IMG/VR virus record: IMGVR_UViG_3300037851_000757
Location: 714-64,713 of that record
Direction: 5' to 3' (one strand)
Source: a virus
DNA length: 64,000 nucleotides
Of this stretch, positions 16,594 to 23,838 are shown piece by piece (position 1 is the stretch's first letter; each line of letters starts with the position of its first letter). Made by a program: the position numbers and the translations under genes. The notes under the pieces were generated by a model. The model ran no database searches, was not told where the DNA came from, and saw nothing but the letters and a program-made list of their open reading frames with translations.

Positions 16594-17444
16594 TCGGTCT
16601 GTCCATCTAAAGTAAATGGGATATATTCAAGATTGTTTTCTTTTGCAAAAGCTTCCAGAGAAAGAACTAAGTCTCCGGTGCTAATTTCACCAGCACACCA
16701 GGACATTGTTCGAGTATGAAGACCATTTCCGATTCCAGAATCTTGAATATGAGCCATCATATTAAAGATCTCAGAGCGTTTCCGTTGTCTCTTTTCTCTC
16801 ATTACTTCTTGTTTTGTCCGGTTGATTTTAATATCACCAGTTCTTGCTTTTCCTTCTTTTAGTTCTTTTATAGCAGAAAAAATTTGAGTAACATCACCAG
16901 TTCTGTTGTAGATTGTATAAAGATCTCGAATGTTCTGTTGAGTAAAAAATCCAGCAGCTGCTTCAAGATGAACTTCTTTTGGAAGACTTAACAACATAAA
17001 ACGAACTTGAACCCATCCTCTTGACATCCCAAGAACAGAAGCAGTATCCATCTCATTAAGACCGAGATCTTTCATTCTCTTGATTGCCAATGCTTCTTGG
17101 TAAATGTTGAGATTTTGCCTTTGAATATTCTCGGCCAGATTGATTTTTAGAGCATCAACTTCACTCAAAATCGGTTTTATTACAGCAAAAATATATTTTT
17201 CTTCATTGACACGATGAGCCATCAAACGACGAAAACCAGCAGCAAGCCGGTATTTTTTTCCAGTCTCCATTTGTTTGGCATCATCGTAAAGGGCAACTAC
17301 AACAGGCTGATGAAGCCCATTTACTTTGATGTCATTTGCAAGATCGATAACATCAATTGGAGTAATCTTCCCACGGCAGTTAAAATTTTCATCATCATGG
17401 ATTTCTGAAATCAAAATTCTTTCTACATTCATTTTGTGATCCAT
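16590..17444 (-). CDS. parB: ParB/RepB/Spo0J-family protein 2 (ParB-N plus HTH)
   Basis: LANDIKVNGLHQPVVV, AAGFRRL, ENIQRQNLNIYQEA, HTH TASVLGMSRGWV. Confidence 0.88.
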   Translation of the reverse strand: MDHKMNVERILISEIHDDENFNCRGKITPIDVIDLANDIKVNGLHQPVVVALYDDAKQMETGKKYRLAAGFRRLMAHRVNEEKYIFAVIKPILSEVDALKINLAENIQRQNLNIYQEALAIKRMKDLGLNEMDTASVLGMSRGWVQVRFMLLSLPKEVHLEAAAGFFTQQNIRDLYTIYNRTGDVTQIFSAIKELKEGKARTGDIKINRTKQEVMREKRQRKRSEIFNMMAHIQDSGIGNGLHTRTMSWCAGEISTGDLVLSLEAFAKENNLEYIPFTLDGQTE

Positions 17445-17605
17445 TGTCTTTGCTCCTCCTCAAATGAATAAAGTAAGGTGATTGTTACATCTGTACTTTT
17501 ATACTCATCCAAAACAACTTGAAGCTCGCCAATAGTCAAAGGACCGATTGCATGAATCTCAAAGAGAGAGTGAGGATGAACAATTATAACATATTTTTCA
17601 CCCAT
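17429..17605 (-). CDS. Small hypothetical protein (58 aa, not in the track)
   Basis: MGEKYVIIVHPH...QWITK fills the gap and overlaps both neighbours. Confidence 0.45.
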   Translation of the reverse strand: MGEKYVIIVHPHSLFEIHAIGPLTIGELQVVLDEYKSTDVTITLLYSFEEEQRQWITK

Positions 17606-19607
17606 TTATATTCTCCTCATATTTTTTCTCAAGAACTGATAGTTCAGCTTGGAACTCTCCAAGAGAAACTGATTGAAGTTCTTTTTTCAGTTTCAAATTA
17701 TTATAGACATATTCATCAGAAGGCAAGAGAAAAAGATCTTTAATTATTAGCCCTCTATTAGAATCCATACCGATTCGATGAGCACGATCCTCTGACTGCA
17801 TTCGTGCTTCTCCTTTAAAGCTATTTGAAAAGAAAAATTCAATAGGAGAAGCAGTTAAGGTTAAAGCCATTCCTCCAGCTTCTGGATTTCCTACAAAACA
17901 AACTCTCGGATAGGTTTCTCGTAATTCTTCTGCTTTAGGATGCGTTCGATCCATTGCTGATAAAAGTTCATCAGAATCAGCAAGTTCTCCGGAAGGAAGT
18001 TTTGCTAAATAGCCTCTTCCATCAACTCTAAGAACTGCCCATCCTTGTTGCAGAGCGATTCGAACTAATCTATCCAAAGTTCCAGTAAAGCCACCCCATA
18101 CGATAAACCGCCCAATATCTTCAGCAGCATCCAATTCTTCAATAAATACTTCATCTTTTGGTGTCCCAATCTCATATGTAACTGTCTCATAAACAGGTTC
18201 CGTTCCTTTTCCGCCGCAAGTAGGGCATTCAATAATTTGTGTTTTTATTTCCGATAAAGAATCCTTAATGTCTGTTGTAACTTGTTCATAATGATTTATA
18301 GAATCGTTTTCAAAAGGAGCTTCAATAGTCTTTTTTCCAGCACATAAACGACAAGTCTGTTCTCCTTTCTCTTGTTGTTTGTATTGGAATCCATCAGCAA
18401 GTTCTCTCAATAATGTCAATGCCTCAATCGCTCTTGTTGCCATTTTTTTAATTAATTTTGCTGCTTGTAACATCTCTACTGACGGTTTGGCTCTTATAAT
18501 TTCATATTGTTTATCTGGCAAATCTAAACAGTCTTTTTTAAAGAAAACAACAACAAGTCCCTTTGTCCTTTCTCGAAGAAGAGCAACTTCATTTATTGAT
18601 TCTTTAAATGCATGAGCGGCGGCTGCTTGTTTGGGGTCTACATCAAAAACCCCGCCTAATTCAGTATGAATAGGGTCATTTCTATATTGGCCACAGATAG
18701 AACATTTTTCTGGGTCGTTAAGCCATGTTACAAGATGAGGATAAACTCCTCCAGTAATTAGGCTCTCTCGTTGTTCAATTATACAAAGTCGTTTTTTAAA
18801 AGCAGCAATACTTCCTTCTTTTAGGAAGCCAGGGCAAGCTACTTCACATTGATGCCACCAATCAGTTGGATCTTTTGGAGCAGGCGATCCGGACATTTCG
18901 ACAATATAACCATCTCTTCCGTACTTTTCTCTGATATTGTTGGCAAGATGCAAAGCTGCCTGAGATCGTTGAGCGTTTGGACTTTTGATTTTTGAGGATT
19001 CATCAAAACAGACAATCTTTGGAACTGGTCTGATGTCAGTCCAGTTTTTAAGCTCTCTAACAAGTCCTTCGTAGGTGAACATTCGCGGTCTGATTTGAGC
19101 ATCCCATTTAAGAAGCTCTCTTCCGACTGCTTTGACACCTGCTCTTGGACCAATGTACCACGCTTCTTCATTTGATACCGCGAATCCCGTTTTTTTGGCA
19201 TAGTCGAGAACCTCAATAAAGGAAAGAGTTTTACCTGTTCCCATCTCAGCAGCCCAAATTCCATGATGAACTGTTAAAAGATGAGAAGTCATATGTTTTT
19301 GATGATCATAAAGAGTACGATTAGTTTCAAAAGAAATAAATTCTTGCTCATAGGGTTCATATGTATTTATCCCCATGAGATAATGCAAATTGAACCAATT
19401 TCTATGGCTATTTTTGATTGACCAAATCTTTCTGGGATTAACTTCATCATAACCATGCCACTTTGCCCCTTCCATATTTCTGATTTCATCAAGCAGAATT
19501 TTATTATAGGCAAATTGGCACTCAATTTTTGACGGAGTTATCCGGAGTTTGATTACTTTCCAAAAATTCCCCGCTCGGACTTTTATCTCTTCGATTTTTT
19601 CGCTCAC
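17598..19607 (-). CDS. SNF2-like superfamily 2 helicase with Zn-finger insertions
   Basis: YDHQ, EMGTGKT, FDESSKIK, SGSPAP, GGMALTL, QSEDRAHRIG. Confidence 0.88.
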   Translation of the reverse strand: MSEKIEEIKVRAGNFWKVIKLRITPSKIECQFAYNKILLDEIRNMEGAKWHGYDEVNPRKIWSIKNSHRNWFNLHYLMGINTYEPYEQEFISFETNRTLYDHQKHMTSHLLTVHHGIWAAEMGTGKTLSFIEVLDYAKKTGFAVSNEEAWYIGPRAGVKAVGRELLKWDAQIRPRMFTYEGLVRELKNWTDIRPVPKIVCFDESSKIKSPNAQRSQAALHLANNIREKYGRDGYIVEMSGSPAPKDPTDWWHQCEVACPGFLKEGSIAAFKKRLCIIEQRESLITGGVYPHLVTWLNDPEKCSICGQYRNDPIHTELGGVFDVDPKQAAAAHAFKESINEVALLRERTKGLVVVFFKKDCLDLPDKQYEIIRAKPSVEMLQAAKLIKKMATRAIEALTLLRELADGFQYKQQEKGEQTCRLCAGKKTIEAPFENDSINHYEQVTTDIKDSLSEIKTQIIECPTCGGKGTEPVYETVTYEIGTPKDEVFIEELDAAEDIGRFIVWGGFTGTLDRLVRIALQQGWAVLRVDGRGYLAKLPSGELADSDELLSAMDRTHPKAEELRETYPRVCFVGNPEAGGMALTLTASPIEFFFSNSFKGEARMQSEDRAHRIGMDSNRGLIIKDLFLLPSDEYVYNNLKLKKELQSVSLGEFQAELSVLEKKYEENING

Positions 19608-19616
19608 GCTTTTCTC

Positions 19617-19859
19617 CTAACAATCAAGCACTATATGGCAATTTTCTTCATACTGAGAACACTGTTGTCTTTCAGGGTCTCCTTGTGAAACAGGATCTCC
19701 TTCTCTCCGAATCGTCCAGCCAGAATTAATTCCAGTAGGGTTCACTCGATTTGCGAAATCCATAACCTGTTCATCGGTATCAGTTTTGGGAACACAAACC
19801 TGTATAGAAAAAACTCCTTGTATTATCACTTCTCTATTCATATCGCCCCCAATAAGCAA
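19617..19859 (-). CDS. Small Cys-containing hypothetical protein
   Basis: Operon packing; the start is probably the second Met. Confidence 0.6.
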   Translation of the reverse strand: MLIGGDMNREVIIQGVFSIQVCVPKTDTDEQVMDFANRVNPTGINSGWTIRREGDPVSQGDPERQQCSQYEENCHIVLDC

Positions 19860-20292
19860 TCATTTTTTCTTGCTTCTCTGTATCTTTTAACTCCACTGGC
19901 CACCAATATGGTGCAGAAACATCAATATCAGTCCAATTAAATTTTTTATAATAATCCGGGAGTTTCCGCATCAAATTGCATTTATGTGATTTATGCAATC
20001 GTTCATCCCCTAACCAGGGTGGAAAAAATATTTTGATTGGAACTTCATAAAATAACATATCATTATCAAAACCTCGGGACACCCATTCATGAATAATACA
20101 ATTTGTATAGTATTTTAAACAGTCCTCCCATCCCTGCCACATCCTTACTACAACATGATTGTGCCAACGATTTTGAGGATTTTTTAAAGCATTTAAAATT
20201 TGCATTGATTCTACACGCTGTTTTCCTAATCGTCTATAATCTAAGATAGTAGCACACTTTTCGAAGTCTGGGTCTGGTAAAAAAGTTTGCAT
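19834..20292 (-). CDS. denV: Pyrimidine-dimer DNA glycosylase (DenV-like)
   Basis: MQTFLP...LDYRRLGKQRVE..QIL, H..V.MW, PPWLG, HKSHKCNL.RK. Confidence 0.8.
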   Translation of the reverse strand: MQTFLPDPDFEKCATILDYRRLGKQRVESMQILNALKNPQNRWHNHVVVRMWQGWEDCLKYYTNCIIHEWVSRGFDNDMLFYEVPIKIFFPPWLGDERLHKSHKCNLMRKLPDYYKKFNWTDIDVSAPYWWPVELKDTEKQEKMIAYWGRYE

Positions 20293-20295
20293 TAT

Positions 20296-20523
20296 TTATC
20301 TTTCTATTTTCCTTTTACAACAGGGGCAAATATCTGTTTGGGTTGTTATTCTCTTCTTGTTGAAAGTGCAGAAATGCCCTGGATCATCGTCATACCAGTC
20401 CCTAAGTAGGAGATTTTCCTCTTCAAGAAAACGCAAATAATCCATCTCTTCGTCTGAGAGGATGTATTTTTCAAAATCTTCTTCTGTGAATTTACTACGG
20501 GGGAGCTTAATAAGTTCTTTCAT
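20296..20523 (-). CDS. Small hypothetical protein
   Basis: Operon packing; HFC...CPCC. Confidence 0.55.
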   Translation of the reverse strand: MKELIKLPRSKFTEEDFEKYILSDEEMDYLRFLEEENLLLRDWYDDDPGHFCTFNKKRITTQTDICPCCKRKIER

Positions 20524-21034
20524 ATTTCGGTCCCATAACTGTTAGGCCATTGACTTCATTTTTCTCCACATCACCCCAAACTTCCTGGAAGCCAAGACGC
20601 ACGAATAGGGCATAAAGATTGTGGAAAAAGATGTGGAGTTCTTCTTTTTGAGAAGAACTCAGTCCTCTACGGACAGCCAAATACCAGTCAGCCACAGTAG
20701 CCGAAATAATTACGAGGAATTCTTTGCGACCTTTTCTAACGAGGTAATTTAGATTGGGGAAATCAGTTAGGAGGGCTGTTACTAAATCACACTCAAGAGC
20801 ACAAATAAAACTTATGCTAAAATGCTCAAAAGTGTTATTAAGAAAATATCCTCTTCTTAAATGATGGAGTGGGTGATTTTTCAGATCTAATGTTGCTAAA
20901 TATGCAACAGGAGATTCTATTTTTATAGTAGTTGCACCCAAGCCAGAAGAAGGACTAAATCCAAGTACTTCTTGGACTGTTTTAATATAGATTTCCCAAT
21001 CAGGTCGAGTTACAGCTAATGGGCTGATTTTCAT
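20507..21034 (-). CDS. Degenerate ThyX-like protein
   Basis: FEHFSISF and IISATVADW align by eye with ThyX IEHGVLSV and ITTANFREW; the RHR..S..Q.S.R signature is absent. Confidence 0.45.
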   Translation of the reverse strand: MKISPLAVTRPDWEIYIKTVQEVLGFSPSSGLGATTIKIESPVAYLATLDLKNHPLHHLRRGYFLNNTFEHFSISFICALECDLVTALLTDFPNLNYLVRKGRKEFLVIISATVADWYLAVRRGLSSSQKEELHIFFHNLYALFVRLGFQEVWGDVEKNEVNGLTVMGPKYERTY

Positions 21035-21046
21035 ATTTCTCTTAAT

Positions 21047-21075
21047 GAGAGGGGTAGAAGGCTTCTACCCCTCTC
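21047..21075. terminator. Strong hairpin (13-bp perfect stem) after the SSB-like gene
   Basis: GAGAGGGGTAGAA-GGC-TTCTACCCCTCTC; no U-tract on the coding strand. Confidence 0.5.
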
Positions 21076-21085
21076 TGAAGATAGA

Positions 21086-21733
21086 TTATCTCGTTCTGGA
21101 AGCTTTTTCATCTTCCTGAACCCGCTCGACGGTCTTTTGTGGAGGATTAATAAATTTCTTGTATTCCTCCTCCAAGTCCTCTTGATCTGGCAAATCAAAT
21201 ACTGTGGTGCATCGTTCTGCTTTTGCGCTGAACCAGGTATATTTGGCGTTTGAAATCTGCACACCTTTCAAGGTTACAGCTTGTCTCATCATTTCATTTA
21301 CAACTGTCGCTTCTCTCCTCATTGATTTTGTCCCCATGAAGAAAGTTGCGAATTTCCGAGCGTCAGGAATCCAGACCAGAAATTCTGGTCCATACATGGC
21401 ACCCGAATCTTTTTCACCAGAAAGATCACGAATACGTGCAAATTCAGGATCTTTGGTATTGTAAATCGAAATGATTTCATCTGAAATTTGAAGAGCCTTT
21501 GGCCGCCAAGCGATAACCAGAATATTTACTTCTTTTCCGAGATCCTTCATGTTTTGATCTCGCACAATCGCAAAATGATTGATTGGGAAAGCTCCAGTTT
21601 TGCAAACTTCAGAAGAAGCGGTCATGAGTTGAAGTCGAGGAAGATAGTCTCCTGTTTTCGTAGCTTCAGAAAAATCATCTTCAGTATAGACTTGTGGAAC
21701 TTCTCCGGTAGGCAGGATAATGAGTTCGTTCAT
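21086..21733 (-). CDS. Putative ssDNA-binding protein
   Basis: YLPRLQLMT N-terminal motif, beta-rich core, charged C-terminus, position in the replication arm. Confidence 0.5.
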   Translation of the reverse strand: MNELIILPTGEVPQVYTEDDFSEATKTGDYLPRLQLMTASSEVCKTGAFPINHFAIVRDQNMKDLGKEVNILVIAWRPKALQISDEIISIYNTKDPEFARIRDLSGEKDSGAMYGPEFLVWIPDARKFATFFMGTKSMRREATVVNEMMRQAVTLKGVQISNAKYTWFSAKAERCTTVFDLPDQEDLEEEYKKFINPPQKTVERVQEDEKASRTR

Positions 21734-21774
21734 TTTCTTGATGTCCTTTCTGAATGTTAAATGATTTTAAAAAT

Positions 21775-21809
21775 ACAGGGGTCTATACCCAGTCAATATA
21801 GACCCCTGT
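21775..21809. terminator. Intrinsic terminator-like hairpin downstream of ParB-like gene 3
   Basis: ACAGGGGTCTATA-9 nt-TATAGACCCCTGT with T-runs on both sides. Confidence 0.7.
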
Positions 21810-21841
21810 TTTACTACACCGACCTGAAGTGGAGGTGTGCT

Positions 21842-22903
21842 TCAGGCAGGCGGGGGTGCAGTAGCAGGAGCCGGTGCTTCTACTTCAGGAGCCTTCCCAA
21901 GATCAGGATAAGGAAGTGCTTCACCCTTCATCTCTGCTTCTGCATTGGCTGCGGCTTTACGAGCGAAATCAGCCTTCTTGTCAGCGACTTCGGCTTTTCT
22001 CTTTTCCCGCTCTGCGCGCCGCTTTGCGTCTTCTTCTTTCTTCGCTTTTTCCCGCGCATCGAAATCAGCTTTCTGAGTTTCGAGACTTACGGGGTCCATG
22101 TGCAGGAGCCAGGCGACAGCCAAAGAGAAGGCAGCTTCAGCCGTCTTCGTTTTGGTTGCCTTGATCAGCTTCGGGCCGACTTCGGGAGTTTCCAGTTCGG
22201 TTTTGACTTCTTTGAGTTTGCGGAGATGTGCAATCGGCTGGAAAACTACTTTCGTGGCGTCCTGACCCTGGCGCTTTGCGTCCTTGATCTCTTTGACCCT
22301 TGCGTTGACGAGTGGGATAAATTCGTCGGGGACTTGCGTGATTGCCCGATCAACAAAATTCGCGAGTTCTTCGGCGGGCAATTTGGCCAGGGCGTAGGCA
22401 TTTGACAGACTGATTTGCCCACTGTTGATGAGTTCAAGGATCTGGGGATTGTCGATCTTGTTGAGGCCAAGGCGTTGCGAAATCCACATTGGAGACTTGC
22501 CAAGACGCTTAGCAAGTTCCGCCTCGGTCATAAGAGGATTGCGGGCCAAAATCCGTTTGAGCTGCTGGCTGTATTCCGCCGGACGGGTTTCGACCTTGTG
22601 AATGTTGGCCATGATTTGGGCTTCCAACATCTGATCTTCGTCCAACGGGACGATATCAACTCCGATTTCGGAAATCCCTGCATCTTTGGCCGCGCTGAAA
22701 CGATGAAGACCGTCGATCAACTCGAAGTATTCTTCTTTCGTCTCAGGGTCTACTCGGGGACGCACAGTGATTGCACCCAAGAAGCCTTTTTCCTTCATGG
22801 ACGCAACCAGCCCCAAATACTCCTCCGACTGGCGGTTGACCGTGCGCAGGGCAACCGGGTTCTCTCTGATTTGCGGAATCTGCACCTTACGAAGATCACC
22901 CAT
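21842..22903 (-). CDS. parB: ParB/RepB/Spo0J-family protein 3 (ParB-N, HTH, charged coiled coil, Pro/Ala tail)
   Basis: LVASMKEKGFLGAITV, LIDGLHRF, ANIHK, HTH MTEAELAKRLGKSPMWISQRL; AGGAGG SD. Confidence 0.88.
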   Translation of the reverse strand: MGDLRKVQIPQIRENPVALRTVNRQSEEYLGLVASMKEKGFLGAITVRPRVDPETKEEYFELIDGLHRFSAAKDAGISEIGVDIVPLDEDQMLEAQIMANIHKVETRPAEYSQQLKRILARNPLMTEAELAKRLGKSPMWISQRLGLNKIDNPQILELINSGQISLSNAYALAKLPAEELANFVDRAITQVPDEFIPLVNARVKEIKDAKRQGQDATKVVFQPIAHLRKLKEVKTELETPEVGPKLIKATKTKTAEAAFSLAVAWLLHMDPVSLETQKADFDAREKAKKEEDAKRRAEREKRKAEVADKKADFARKAAANAEAEMKGEALPYPDLGKAPEVEAPAPATAPPPA

Positions 22904-22996
22904 ACAAAACCTCCTAAATTGTAGTTAGGCTCATTTGAGCCGATTCATAAATCGCGTATGCGCGTTTATTAAATGATTCTATAATCATAATTACAA

Positions 22997-23342
22997 AAAT
23001 CAAATCATGATTTGATTTATATAATAAACGTGATACGCTATCCCACTAAAAGGAAATACGTTTTTTTACGGTTTTTGTACTTATTTTTTTTACCTTATTA
23101 TATGGCATTGACTGGTTTCGCTTACTATTCGCTTTTAAATTGCTATCTATATTTTATATCTTGTATCCTTAATTATATGCTATGCAATTAAAAAATAGTT
23201 AGTAATGAACTGGTAACAAGTTGGAATTTTACCGAAAAAAATTAGAAGTACAAAAACCAGTAAAAAACGTATTACTTTAAAGATAGCCAGTGAATTTAGT
23301 AATGATTTGATTTATGTAATGCTCATAATTAAAATCAAATCA
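22997..23342. promoter_or_regulatory. Divergent control region between the two replication arms
   Basis: Perfect 22-bp palindrome at 22997-23018; imperfect inverted repeat 23047-23082/23246-23279; inverted 11-mers at 23303-23313/23332-23342. Confidence 0.75.
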
Positions 23343-23379
23343 AAAAATAACTTTTTGATTCTACAAATCAAAGGAGCCT

Positions 23380-23838
23380 ATGCAAAATCTTTCTTCATTA
23401 AAAGAGCTTCTTCTTGAAATTTTGGAATCAACCGCCCAAACCAACACTGATATACAGGCAACTCAGCAAATGGGTGTAAGTGTTTCTAATGCTTTAACTA
23501 AGCGCGAAGGTGGAATTGTTGTTATCCAAAATCAAAATGTTGAGATTTATACTAAGATTATCCCGACGATTGTAAAAGCTCTACGTTTATGTGATTCTCT
23601 AAGTTCTCCTGTAATAGAAATGGAAAAACCTTTAACAGATCCAACAGAAAATTATTGTAAATGGATGTATGAGCGTAAAATTGATTGGGAAACCATGCAG
23701 GAGGTTACTCGCAAAAATTATTTAAGTTATGTTATTGATAGATTTAAAACTAAAAAAGAAGCAGCAGAATGGCTTGGGCTTGGCGTTGCCTATGTTTATA
23801 ATTTACTGAGAAAAGAAGAAAAAACTGAAAGCGAATAA
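23380..23838 (+). CDS. Regulator with a C-terminal Fis/NtrC-type HTH
   Basis: YLSYVIDRFKTKKEAAEWLGLGVAYVYNLLRK; AAGGAG SD. Confidence 0.65.
   Translation: MQNLSSLKELLLEILESTAQTNTDIQATQQMGVSVSNALTKREGGIVVIQNQNVEIYTKIIPTIVKALRLCDSLSSPVIEMEKPLTDPTENYCKWMYERKIDWETMQEVTRKNYLSYVIDRFKTKKEAAEWLGLGVAYVYNLLRKEEKTESE

Noticed and set aside
23047-23279. Protelomerase (N15-like) hairpin telomere site
   Set aside because: The arms are imperfect and about 160 bp apart, and no protelomerase or tyrosine recombinase is present.
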